A stretch of 32,000 bases of DNA. Origin: Candidatus Iainarchaeum sp. (GTDB taxonomy: Archaea > Iainarchaeota > Iainarchaeia > Iainarchaeales > 0-14-0-20-30-16). Position 1 is the first letter of the stretch, and each line of letters opens with the position of its first letter. Shown here in pieces: positions 1 through 8,747 of the stretch. The stretch spans positions 60,001 to 92,000 of the forward strand of contig JAQTTP010000001.1 in the NCBI GenBank assembly GCA_028710695.1, written 5' to 3'. The notes beneath the pieces are model-generated. The model was not told where the DNA came from. It ran no database searches and saw nothing but the letters and a program-made list of their open reading frames with translations. The position numbers were made by a program, and so were the translations under genes.

Positions 1-36
1 GATATATTATCTAAAATACATAGTAAGGTGAATAAA

Positions 37-513
37 ATGGCTGTTTTGGACCAATACGACTTCAAAATACTTCAAATGCTAATAAAGGACGGAAGAGCAT
101 CTTTTAGTAACATAGCTAAAGAGATTGGCATAAGCGATGTTGCAGTAAAAAAACGGTTTGAAAGGCTTATTTCTAAAAAAATAATAAAACAAATATCTCT
201 TGACGTAGGTTATGATGTTGTTGGGTTCCAAGGTCTATTTTTAGTTTTGCTAAAAGTAAATAATTTCTTTTATAAAAAAATAATGGCATCTCTTAAAGCA
301 GAGGATTTTGTAAAAAGCATCTACAGAACAACAGGTGACTATAACATAACTCTTTTTTACTTAGTTCCGGATATGTCTCAAGTTGAATTATTGGACAACT
401 TATTAACAAAGCTAGAGGGCGTGATAGATTTTAAAATACTAATCGTTACTGGAAAAGAATATGAAAAAGATTCTTTGCCGTTATCAAGTTTACAAGTTTA
501 TTATAGGCATTAA
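37..513 (+). CDS. Lrp/AsnC family transcriptional regulator
   Basis: The N-terminal HTH (DFKILQMLIKDGRASFSNIAKEIGISDVAVKKRFERL) is followed by a C-terminal alpha/beta ligand domain of the right size. ATG at 37 follows the SD AAGGTGA (22-28), so the GTG at 28 in the ORF track is probably part of the SD. Confidence 0.8.
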   Translation: MAVLDQYDFKILQMLIKDGRASFSNIAKEIGISDVAVKKRFERLISKKIIKQISLDVGYDVVGFQGLFLVLLKVNNFFYKKIMASLKAEDFVKSIYRTTGDYNITLFYLVPDMSQVELLDNLLTKLEGVIDFKILIVTGKEYEKDSLPLSSLQVYYRH

Positions 514-543
514 AATTTATTTTGCCTTATTTATGTGATTCCA

Positions 544-2657
544 TGAAAACTATAATTGTTGCAGAGAAACCAATTGCGGGAAGAACAATTTCCGAAATTC
601 TTTCAAGCAAAAAGTATTCTGCAAAATTTTATAATAAAATGCCGTATTTTGAATTTTCTTCTAAAGAACTAGGGGAAATAATACTAATTCCATTAAAAGG
701 CCACATTTCAGATGTTGCATTTCCACTAAAGTATGCACGGTGGCTTGGTACTGACTTGAAAGATTTAGTTCAAAAGCCAGAAATAAAATATATTATGAAA
801 GAAAAAGAAATTACTGCTCTTTTGAAAAAATATGCTAAAGAAGTAAGCAAAATAATAATTGCAACCGATGCAGACCGTGAAGGTGAATCTATTGGCAAAG
901 AAGCAGTAACTTATGTTACAGAAGAAAATCCAAATATAGAAATAAAAAGAGTATATTATTCAGCAATTACAAAAGATGAACTTAGCAAAGCATTCTCAAA
1001 CCAGCAAGAATTAAATTATGGTTTGGCAGATGCAGCAGACGCTCGTAGAGAAATAGATTTAATCTGGGGTGCAGTTCTTACAAGGTTTCTATCTTTAATT
1101 ATAAAAAGACTTGGCCCAGACTTTTTGTCAGCAGGAAGAGTTCAGAGTCCAACTCTTGCAAAAATAGTTGAAAAGGATTTAGAAATTGCTAATTTTGTGC
1201 CAGAAAAATATTGGCAAGTAGAATTAACTTTGAAAAAAGGAGAAGAATTTACTGCTCTTTATGAAAAAGAAAAAATTGACAACAATGAATTAGCAGAAAA
1301 GATATTCAATTCAGTAAAAGAAAAAGTAAAAGTTCATAGCTTGGACAAAAAGCAGAAAAAGATTCCAAAGCCAACCCCATTTAACACTACAGACTTTTTA
1401 AGAGAAGCAACAAAGCTTGGGTTTTCAGCAGGAAAAGCAATAAGTATTGCAGAAAATCTTTATATGAACGGATTTATAAGTTACCCAAGAACAGATAACA
1501 GAAAATACGTTGGCGTAGACATATTTAAAATTTTGGCAGACTTAGAACCAGGTTTCAAAAAAGAAGTTGCAAAGCTAAAAAAACAAGATAAAATCACCCC
1601 CTCTGCAGGAGAAGAAACAAAAGATCATCCGCCAATCCACCCAGTAACTCTTGCGTATGAAAACACTCTTTCAAAGCCAGAATGGAAAGTCTACAAATTA
1701 GTGGTTGACAGATTTTTTGCAACCCTTGCAGAAGATGCAGAAGCAAACACAACAAAAGTTTATTTTTCAACCCCAGAATACTTATTTGTTTCAGAAGGTT
1801 TAGAAATATTAAAAGCAGGCTGGCTTGAGTTTTATCCTTATAGAAAAGTGGCAGAAAACTTTTTACCAAGCATGGAAGTTGGAGAAGAGCTTCCAGTACT
1901 AAATAAAGAAATCCTTGCAAAAGAAACTAAACCACCTGCAAAATATTCACAAGGAACACTAATTAAACTTATGGAAGATCTAAAGCTAGGTACAAAGAGT
2001 ACTAGGCCAACAATAATAGAAAAGCTTTATTCTAGAAACTATATAGATGGAGAAAAACAAGTAAACTCAACAGAAATAGCTAAAGCAGTAATATCTGCCC
2101 TACAAGAATATGCAAAAGCAATAGTTCTTCCTGAAACAACAGCAAAATTGGAAGACCAAATGACCTCTATAGAAAATAAGGAAACTACAAAAGAGAAAGT
2201 TGTAAACGATTCTAGAGACCTTCTATTAAAAATCTTAGACGAGTTATTAGAAAACAAGGGAAAGATAGCCCAGAAGCTTATGGCAGGCATAAGCAGGCAC
2301 GATTCTTTTGGCCCATGCCTATGTGGTGGAAGTTTAAGAAAGCTTACTTCTAGGGCCGGGAAATCATTCCTTGGTTGTAGTAATTATCCTAATTGTAAAA
2401 TAACATATTCTTTGCCACAAAAAGATTTCTACACTTATGCCGGCAAATGTAGTATATGTAATGCCCCAAAGATAGAGCTAAGAAAAGGCAAAAGAAAGTA
2501 TGAATTTTGCCTAAACCAAAACTGCCCTTCTCAAAAAGAATATGTAAAGAAAAGAGAAGAAGCGGGGCCAGCAGTAGCAACGGCAGCCTCCACAAAGCCC
2601 GTAAAAACAGTTACAAAGAAAACAACTAAGAAAAGAGTAACGAAGAAAAAAGAATAA
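544..2657 (+). CDS. topA: Type IA DNA topoisomerase (TopA / archaeal Topo I-III like) with C-terminal zinc ribbons
   Basis: It has a Toprim start (IIVAEKPIAG), the ATDADREGE acidic motif and the active-site Tyr context SYPRTDN. Two C4 zinc ribbons are present (CLCGG...GCSNYPNC; CSICN...CLNQNC), followed by a Lys-rich tail. ATG 544 (MKTIIVAEKP) is preferred over TTG 522. Confidence 0.9.
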
Positions 2658-2681
2658 ATAAAAAATAATTCTTACCTTTTT

Positions 2682-3413
2682 TTATCTATGTCTTAAGTAA
2701 GAATTGAATATATTGAACTTTGTCAAATATATTACTGTTTTTGTTATTTCTAGTAGAGGCACAATAAATATAGTATTTAGTATTAGCCCAACTATTAATC
2801 CAGTTGTTCCGCCTATCCACATTGAAATCAAACTAACAATAAATATCAATACCACAAATACAAGGTAAACTACAAAAGTAGTCAACTTGTTATTTTTCAT
2901 GAACTTGTAGTTATGTTCTAAAGCAACCCCAATTCCCTCTTCATCAATTATAATTGATTGGGCGCAATAAAATACAAATATCGCTAATATAAAGTATAGA
3001 ACAGGAATCAAGAATGCAACAACAGTTCCAACAAAGATGTAGTAAATTATGAAATAGATTATATTTACAATAAAGGATATCACAAACAAGCTTGTAGTTG
3101 ATTTTATTATGTGTTTTACCATTTCCATCTTCTTTACTCCTTGGAATAAGTCTCTTCTTACCACGAACACTAAGATTGAGGTAAACATGGAGTAAATTAA
3201 GCTAGATAGCACAATTGCTAACAAAACAAGCAAATAGACATAAATTGGATAGCCGGCGGCATATACAAAAGTTACATCATTCCCCATCAGAGAGAATGCA
3301 AAATTGTTTATAAAGAGAGTAATAAGCAAAGCAATAGCATATCCCACAACTACGTGGAAGTGCTTAAAGTAGCTCAAAAGGCTATTTTTTACAATATTTT
3401 TAACTTTTAACAT
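2682..3413 (-). CDS. Integral membrane protein, function unknown
   Basis: This 243-aa ORF consists almost entirely of long hydrophobic segments (about 6 predicted TM helices). I recognise no family motif. Confidence 0.5.
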   Translation of the reverse strand: MLKVKNIVKNSLLSYFKHFHVVVGYAIALLITLFINNFAFSLMGNDVTFVYAAGYPIYVYLLVLLAIVLSSLIYSMFTSILVFVVRRDLFQGVKKMEMVKHIIKSTTSLFVISFIVNIIYFIIYYIFVGTVVAFLIPVLYFILAIFVFYCAQSIIIDEEGIGVALEHNYKFMKNNKLTTFVVYLVFVVLIFIVSLISMWIGGTTGLIVGLILNTIFIVPLLEITKTVIYLTKFNIFNSYLRHR

Positions 3414-3478
3414 AACTAATCACACTTGTCTCTTGTTTGTCCTAATAAATAAAAGAAGGAAAGGGATTTAAAGGTTTA

Positions 3479-3535
3479 TTTCAAAATTGGTTAAATCCAA
3501 TTCTGAAATCCTAAAATGCCTAAGGGCATTTTTTG
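3479..3535 (-). terminator. Tandem hairpins downstream of the Cys-rich protein gene
   Basis: The first hairpin is TTTCAAAATTGG/ttaaat/CCAATTCTGAAA (3479-3508, 12 bp with 1 mismatch). The second is AAAATGCC/taag/GGCATTTT (3513-3532, a perfect 8 bp) flanked by T/A runs. Both lie just 3' of the stop at 3545 on the minus strand. Confidence 0.4.
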
Positions 3536-3544
3536 ATTCCCCAA

Positions 3545-5818
3545 TTACCTCAAACAAGTTACATAGATCTTTGAAACTAGCTCATCCTCTGTATTACTGT
3601 ATGTTTGTGAAACCCCAGTTATAGTACATTCTGCCTCTCCATTTGTGGTTGTAACTCCGTCATCATAGTCAAAGTTTTCTCCAGGGCTATCATCAATATC
3701 ATATTCTTTTCCGCCCTCACTAGTATATGCTACGGCATAGTCTGTAATGGGGTTGAATGTTATTCCTGCCAAGTCAAAAGTAACTAGGTTTGATCCTGTT
3801 GACCCACAATATTTCCTGGTTTCATGTACAAAAATGTGTTTACATTGATCTTTAATATTTCCTGCCTGGCACAAAGCAATGTTTTCTGAATAAGTTGAAT
3901 CACTTTCGTATCCAGTCATTCCACCAATACAACTCATTTCAAATAACACCCTAACTGTAATCTGATTTTCTTCTAAATCTAGGCCTGCATTGTACTTTTT
4001 GTCTTCAAATTCTGCACAAAGCCCATTATTAGCCTGGCACTTGTTGTATTTATCTCCAAACATATATTCACATAATTTATTGCCTGTGTAATTAGTGTTT
4101 AAAATACTCCAAGCTTTTGTACAATCTGGATCGTATTTTGTTCCAGATGTCCATTCTGTGTCTTCAACAGAATCAATAAAACTTGTGTTTGATATTAAAC
4201 CATATGACTTTGTAAATGAGTTTGCAGATAAGTGTAATTTATCTGAAACTGAACATTTCTTAGCGCCACCAATTTGTGTACAATATCCAGAGTCACATTC
4301 TGTGTCATAATTACAAGCAGATAATAATGATAATTTGCCGCTAGTCGTTGATGCAACAGAACACACACTATCATTACATGCTAAACCATTTTCACAAAAG
4401 CTAAACTTAGCTGAGTTTTTACAAAAACCGCCGGCTTTTAATAAGCCACAATTTCCCACTATGGCTTTGCTTATTGTTTTTTCTTTTGTCCAACTATATT
4501 TTCCATATTCTTGGTAATACAAAGAATTGAATTTATAAGTATTATTTATGTTTTTATTGTCTTTTACACAGATTGTGTCATCACAAAACCCATTGGCAGT
4601 ACACGGAGAACCAACAGGCTGATCAAACTTTTGTTTACAAGAATCTCCTATTCCCTCAGTAACAGCAATATTATTTTTTGTACACCAATATTTATCTGGA
4701 CACCCAGATATTTCATTGTCTTTAACACTACAAATTGTATCTTCTGTACTTTTTTTACATACTCTTAGGTCCATATCACAAATTAAATCTCCGCCACAGT
4801 CGGAGTTGTCATAACAACCTTCTTCGTGTAGTCCGCCCTTACAGATTTTTGACTCTGGGTCACAAACCCCGCTTAAGCATTGAGTTTCTGAAGCACAAGC
4901 CTCATTTATTGCAAACTTTTGCTTACATTCTCCTGAACTACAAAACTCAGCAGGTAAACAATCATCATTCTTTTCACAGGCAGTACAAGCCCCGCCTTTA
5001 CACAAATTTTTTTCACAATCACTATTTGCAAAACAAGAATCCCCTAATGACCGTGAGTTTAGGAGAATACAAGAAAACTCAGGTCCACAAACATATTCTT
5101 CTAATGCAAAGTTTTTATTGTCTTCAGTTTCTATTTCACAAAAATTGTTTGCAGAGTTTTCTTTACTTTGCTTACAAACCGCATCATTTAAAGTTGTATA
5201 CTCACATTTTTTTGTTGTTCCGTTACAATAAGATATGCCTTCTCCACCTGGAGCAACAGGACAATCTTTGTCATAATCACAAGACAGCCCAGGCCTTAAA
5301 TCAAAGATTTGTGAGCAATATGCATATTCTCCGCTTTTTAGTTTTGTACTCTTTAAATTTATTTTTGTGTTAGTCCCTTCTTTAACAAGGTTTTCTAGTT
5401 TTACTTCTTCGCCAGCGCCTAATTTTTTGTTATAAACTGCACAAATTAAGTCTTCACTACATTCTCCGGAGTTCTTACAAGTCTCTCCGACCTTTTTTGT
5501 ACCTATGGCGTCTTTGGCGCCACTTTTTCCGCTACTGCCACTAGTTCCAGATCCAACTGGGCCTTCGCTTGAACCACCCAAATCTGCGCTTTCTTCAGAT
5601 CCTTCTGTAGAACAATCTAGTTTTATATTAAAAAAATAAAAGTACATCTTTTCGTTTATACAAAGAGTGTCAGTTGCAGCATTTTGGCCTGCCTTACAAA
5701 AGCAGGAATTTGCTTCGTCAAAAATAGGCTTTTCAGCAAACCCAAAGCCAGAAATAAGAATAAGTCCTAAAAGAACACAAAAACATAAAGCAAGGCCATT
5801 AAATCTCATCGTAATCAT
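3545..5818 (-). CDS. Large secreted cysteine-rich repeat protein, function unknown
   Basis: The N-terminal signal peptide is MRFNGLALCFCVLLGLILISGFGFA/EKP, followed by a Gly/Ser-rich linker. I count about 60 Cys in 757 aa. About 8-9 copies of a G-x2-C-x3-6-[DEQ]C-x3-6-C-x3-6-C module occur, for example GDSCFANSDCEKNLCKGGAC, EGCYDNSDCGGDLICDMDLRVC and LSACNYDTECDSGYCTQIGGAKKC. There is no C-terminal TM anchor. Confidence 0.75.
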   Translation of the reverse strand: MITMRFNGLALCFCVLLGLILISGFGFAEKPIFDEANSCFCKAGQNAATDTLCINEKMYFYFFNIKLDCSTEGSEESADLGGSSEGPVGSGTSGSSGKSGAKDAIGTKKVGETCKNSGECSEDLICAVYNKKLGAGEEVKLENLVKEGTNTKINLKSTKLKSGEYAYCSQIFDLRPGLSCDYDKDCPVAPGGEGISYCNGTTKKCEYTTLNDAVCKQSKENSANNFCEIETEDNKNFALEEYVCGPEFSCILLNSRSLGDSCFANSDCEKNLCKGGACTACEKNDDCLPAEFCSSGECKQKFAINEACASETQCLSGVCDPESKICKGGLHEEGCYDNSDCGGDLICDMDLRVCKKSTEDTICSVKDNEISGCPDKYWCTKNNIAVTEGIGDSCKQKFDQPVGSPCTANGFCDDTICVKDNKNINNTYKFNSLYYQEYGKYSWTKEKTISKAIVGNCGLLKAGGFCKNSAKFSFCENGLACNDSVCSVASTTSGKLSLLSACNYDTECDSGYCTQIGGAKKCSVSDKLHLSANSFTKSYGLISNTSFIDSVEDTEWTSGTKYDPDCTKAWSILNTNYTGNKLCEYMFGDKYNKCQANNGLCAEFEDKKYNAGLDLEENQITVRVLFEMSCIGGMTGYESDSTYSENIALCQAGNIKDQCKHIFVHETRKYCGSTGSNLVTFDLAGITFNPITDYAVAYTSEGGKEYDIDDSPGENFDYDDGVTTTNGEAECTITGVSQTYSNTEDELVSKIYVTCLR

Positions 5819-5880
5819 CTCTTTAGCTAAAGATATGTAAAATATGGCGTATAAATATATAAAAGTATATCTAAAGACCC

Positions 5881-5920
5881 AAATAAGCCCAACTTATTTC
5901 ACATAAGTTTAAATAAGTTT
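5881..5920 (+). promoter_or_regulatory. Candidate operator/promoter of the toxin-antitoxin pair
   Basis: A perfect 7-bp inverted repeat AAATAAG-cccaa-CTTATTT lies at 5881-5899. It is followed by the direct repeats ATAAGTTT (5903-5910) and ATAAGTTT (5913-5920), within an AT-rich TATA-like stretch about 30 nt upstream of ATG 5947. Confidence 0.35.
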
Positions 5921-5946
5921 TGTGACTTTAATTATTAGTGATTGTT

Positions 5947-6213
5947 ATGTCTGAAAGTTATGTAAATGTTAATTTGCACATAGATGATTATACAAATAGG
6001 GTTTTGGGTGTTATTAAGGAAAAAAACGGATTAAAAGATAAATCCCAGGCCCTGATGTATTTTGCCAAACAATATGGCAGTGACCTGGTGGACCAAGAGG
6101 TAAAAGATGAAGTGATTAGAGAAGTAATACAAATAGAAGAGAACCACCTAAAGAAATATGGTCTTAGGGCAAAATCTATAAAACAATTAAGAGAAGAAAT
6201 AGAGCGTGACTAG
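5947..6213 (+). CDS. Putative antitoxin (small partner of a RelE-like toxin)
   Basis: This 88-aa acidic/basic helical protein sits 14 nt upstream of, and co-oriented with, a RelE-like gene. The pattern NRVLGVIKEKNGLKDKSQALMYFAKQYG is reminiscent of archaeal DUF2683-type partners, but that is recalled from memory only. ATG 5947 is preferred over GTG 5938. Confidence 0.5.
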   Translation: MSESYVNVNLHIDDYTNRVLGVIKEKNGLKDKSQALMYFAKQYGSDLVDQEVKDEVIREVIQIEENHLKKYGLRAKSIKQLREEIERD

Positions 6214-6227
6214 ATTAAAGTGATTTA

Positions 6228-6503
6228 ATGTTTGATCTTGATTATTCTGATGAATTAAAAGCCACACTTAATAAATTATCTAAAAAAGACCGGAAAAGAT
6301 ATTTTGAAGTAATTAAAAAAATGGATGAAATAATTAATTCGGATCCCGAAACAATAAACCACTACAAAAATTTGAGATACAGTTATTCTGACAGAAAAAG
6401 AGTGCACATTGGCGAGAAATTCGTTTTAACTTTCAGAGTATTTATAAAAGAAAATTTTATTCTTTTTGTAAAATTTGCACATAGAGACGATATTTACAAA
6501 TAA
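6228..6503 (+). CDS. RelE/ParE superfamily type II toxin (mRNA interferase-like)
   Basis: It is 91 aa and has the typical RelE layout: an N-terminal helix (LKATLNKLSKKDRKRYFEVIKKMDEI), then YKNLRYSYSDRKRVHIGEKFVLTFRV...FVKFAHRDDIYK (R-x-R-hIG, hhLhh, HR-x-x-hY). Confidence 0.7.
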   Translation: MFDLDYSDELKATLNKLSKKDRKRYFEVIKKMDEIINSDPETINHYKNLRYSYSDRKRVHIGEKFVLTFRVFIKENFILFVKFAHRDDIYK

Positions 6504-6620
6504 TTGTTTTCTGCCAAGAAAGTAATTTCTTTTAGTGGAAATTATTTCGGGGGCCAACAAAGCTTTTTTGTAGAAAACAAAAAAGTTTGAGGGTCAGAAG
6601 CAACCTTGTTTTACGCAAAG
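6504..6620 (-). repeat. Two-hairpin intergenic repeat, copy C (best aligned in minus orientation, 3' of mutL)
   Basis: The hairpins are GAAAGTAATTTC/ttttagtg/GAAATTATTTC (6518-6548) and AAAGCTTTTTTGT/agaaa/ACAAAAAAGTTT (6559-6588), separated by the core GGGGGCC (6549-6555). The flanking direct repeats are TTGTTTTCTGCCAAG (6504-6518) and TTGTTTTACGCAAAG (6606-6620), 12/15 identical. The 12-mer AAAGTAATTTCT (6519-6530) is identical to 26905-26916. Confidence 0.5.
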
Positions 6621-6637
6621 TTGACTTCTTACTGAAG

Positions 6638-6658
6638 AAATTTTATGAAATAAAATTT
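6638..6658 (-). terminator. AT hairpin at the mutL stop codon
   Basis: A perfect 9-bp inverted repeat AAATTTTAT/gaa/ATAAAATTT overlaps the mutL stop codon (6657-6659). Confidence 0.35.
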
Positions 6659-8405
6659 ACTTCCTGCTTACTTCTTTCTCAATTCTGTCTTTGCTTAGTT
6701 CTATAAAAATAGGCCTTCCATGTGGGCAAGTAAAGGGATTTTCACAATCAAACAAGTTTTCAATGATCTTTTCCATTTGAATCTCATTAAGTGGTGTTCC
6801 GGCTTTTACAGACATTTTACATGCAATAGTAGCAAATAACCCTGCTTGTTTGTCGGTAATATCTGCTTTAATCCCCCTAATAACATCTTTTAGTAATTCC
6901 TTGGTTTCTTCTTTAGTAATACTGTTCCTTATTTTCAAAGGAATAGTCCTAACTAGCAGTTCGTCCTTAAGTTCATCAATTTCAAATCCAAGTTTTCCAA
7001 GCTCATCTTTATTTTCAAGCAAAACCCCTCTGTCCTCAACAGGTAAAAGGAACCCAAATGGAACCAATAATTCTTGTTTTAATAAGCCATTGTGTTCATG
7101 ATATTGGGTTTGTATTTGCTCGAAATTATATCTTTCTTCAGCAACGTGCTGGTCAATAATATAAAAAGAATTATTTTTTTCAACAAGGATGTAAGTATTA
7201 AAAATTTGTCCAATAATTTTAAAGTTTTTTATTTTCGGAGTAGCATGGTGTTGCATTTCTTCTGGCAAAATATCCAAACTTTTTTGTATACTTTTTTCTG
7301 CTTTTATAAAGAAGTCATCCATATCCCCTTTTTCTGCCTTTGTTTCAGATTCCGCAATAAGTCTTGCAGTTATTGTTGAAATAAGTTGTGTTGGTCTTGT
7401 TTTATCAATTTCTGCTTCTTTAATTTGTTCTAATGCATTTTTAACAGCATAAAAAGTTGGCAAAAATAATAAACTATCTTCTTTAACCCTTACTTCTAAT
7501 TTTTGCGGGTGTACATTTACATCAACAATTTTTGGATTAATTTCTAAAAATATGAATGCATCAGGCCTATAAGTTTTTGGAATCTTTGCTTCAAATGCTT
7601 TTTTTATTGCTGACAAAACAGTAAAGTTTTTTATTGGCCTATTATTTATGTAAATTTGAGTAACGCCTTTACTTTCGCTTACTTTATTTGGCTTAGTAAC
7701 AAAAACAATTGCAGAAACCAAGGGATCTTTATATGTTCCTTGGGCTAGGTTTTTTGCAATGTCAAAATGAATTTCATTAACTCTTTCTTCATAGCCTGTT
7801 TTTTTCTGAAAGTTATAAGTTTCTTTTCCATCCACAATAATTTTGAAATTAACCTTTGGATTAGAAATTGCAATGCATTTTATCCAATCAATTATTTTTT
7901 TTAATTCATAATTTGTGGTCTTCAAAAATTTCTGTCTTGCAGGGATATTATAAAATAAATTTTGAACTGTAATCGATGTTCCCTTTCTAAAAGCCGTCAT
8001 TGTTTTTCTGTTAATCAGCCCATTTTCTATTTCAATTACATTAGAATGGTCATAACCTTCAATTGCACTTGTAATTTCCATTTTGGAAACATCCGCAATA
8101 GTAGATAATGCTTCGCCTCTAAATCCATATGACAAAATAGAATAAATATCCTCAATTTTTGTAATTTTTGATGTCGCATGTCTTAAAATAGTTAATTCTA
8201 GATCTTCTTCCTCAATGCCGGTTCCGTTGTCTATGACAGTTATTTCCTTTTTCCCGCCATCTTTTAGCTTGATAATGATTTCATCAGAATTAGCATCTAT
8301 GCTGTTCTCTACAAGTTCCTTTACTGCGGAAGCAGGCCTTTCTATTACCTCTCCAGCCGCAATTTTGTTTATTGTGCTGCTATCAAGAACGTGGATTTTA
8401 CTCAT
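6657..8405 (-). CDS. mutL: DNA mismatch repair protein MutL (endonuclease-type)
   Basis: The GHKL ATPase N-terminus is canonical (INKIAAGEVIERPASAVKELVENSIDA, VIDNGTGI, RHATSKI, GFRGEAL). The C-terminal endonuclease motif DQHVAEERYNFE (7119-7154) matches DQHA-x2-E-x4-E apart from A to V, and CPHGRP is present (6711-6728). Confidence 0.95.
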   Translation of the reverse strand: MSKIHVLDSSTINKIAAGEVIERPASAVKELVENSIDANSDEIIIKLKDGGKKEITVIDNGTGIEEEDLELTILRHATSKITKIEDIYSILSYGFRGEALSTIADVSKMEITSAIEGYDHSNVIEIENGLINRKTMTAFRKGTSITVQNLFYNIPARQKFLKTTNYELKKIIDWIKCIAISNPKVNFKIIVDGKETYNFQKKTGYEERVNEIHFDIAKNLAQGTYKDPLVSAIVFVTKPNKVSESKGVTQIYINNRPIKNFTVLSAIKKAFEAKIPKTYRPDAFIFLEINPKIVDVNVHPQKLEVRVKEDSLLFLPTFYAVKNALEQIKEAEIDKTRPTQLISTITARLIAESETKAEKGDMDDFFIKAEKSIQKSLDILPEEMQHHATPKIKNFKIIGQIFNTYILVEKNNSFYIIDQHVAEERYNFEQIQTQYHEHNGLLKQELLVPFGFLLPVEDRGVLLENKDELGKLGFEIDELKDELLVRTIPLKIRNSITKEETKELLKDVIRGIKADITDKQAGLFATIACKMSVKAGTPLNEIQMEKIIENLFDCENPFTCPHGRPIFIELSKDRIEKEVSRK

Positions 8406-8454
8406 ATAGAAATAGAAAACAGAAGGGTATAAAACCCTATAGTTTTTTGTGTTT

Positions 8455-8715
8455 TTATAGTAAGGTCATACCTTCATTTTCAACGTTTGTAATGTCTGGA
8501 ATAGAGTTTATTTCGTCCTCAAGTCTAGGCATAGCCCCGTCTACCTTGTCAGGTATGATGAAACTTATCTTTATTACCTTTATTCCAAATACCAAGTCTT
8601 CTATCTGACTTTTATCATATTTTGCATTTTTTATCTTCTTTAGCCTTTCATGCACAGCCTCTAGCTTGTCTTGGTCCTCTACACTTATCTTATAAACTAG
8701 TAAAACTTCACCCAT
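8455..8715 (-). CDS. Translation elongation factor aEF-1 beta
   Basis: It is 86 aa with the pattern typical of archaeal EF-1beta (MGEV..VYKI..ED...LE.....LKKI....; VFGIKVIKISFIIPD; C-terminal ...VENEGMTLL). The SD GGAGAG lies upstream. Confidence 0.85.
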   Translation of the reverse strand: MGEVLLVYKISVEDQDKLEAVHERLKKIKNAKYDKSQIEDLVFGIKVIKISFIIPDKVDGAMPRLEDEINSIPDITNVENEGMTLL

Positions 8716-8747
8716 TATAATCTCTCCAATAACTAGACCTTAAACGT

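Noticed and set aside
522-543. Extended non-ATG starts given in the ORF track (TTG 522 for topA, GTG 28 for lrp, TTG 15881 for radA, GTG 13238 for gins, GTG 14436 for priS, GTG 17500, GTG 23614 and GTG 28774).
   Set aside because: In each case a downstream ATG sits 5-9 nt after a GGTG/GAGG-type SD. The upstream GTG is often part of that SD, and homologous N-termini begin at the ATG. The choices are not proven without N-terminal data.
1594-2595. Three minus-strand ORFs (68-108 aa) lie inside topA.
   Set aside because: They are antisense to a strongly supported topoisomerase gene. The Leu-rich, low-complexity translations are typical of shadow frames.
4095-5373. Four plus-strand ORFs (71-212 aa) lie inside the Cys-rich protein gene.
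   Set aside because: They are antisense shadows of the 757-aa minus-strand gene. Their translations are low-complexity (H/L/F/Y/K-rich) with no motifs, no SD and no signal of selection.
6504-6656. C/D-box or other small guide RNAs in the longer intergenic regions (also 3414-3544, 15718-15901 and 26869-27010).
   Set aside because: I could find no properly spaced RUGAUGA / CUGA box pairs. The TGATGA occurrences I saw all lie inside coding sequences.
6850-8608. Plus-strand ORFs lie inside mutL and EF-1beta (6850-7101, 7092-7379, 8215-8409, 8372-8608). Analogous antisense ORFs lie within the SBP, PAC2, aIF2-alpha, GINS, PriS, RPA, Rad50, EndoQ, ThpR, HExxH and RFC-L genes.
   Set aside because: All are shorter than, and antisense to or out of frame with, genes carrying diagnostic motifs. 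Ser/Phe/Leu-rich shadow translations are expected in AT-rich DNA.
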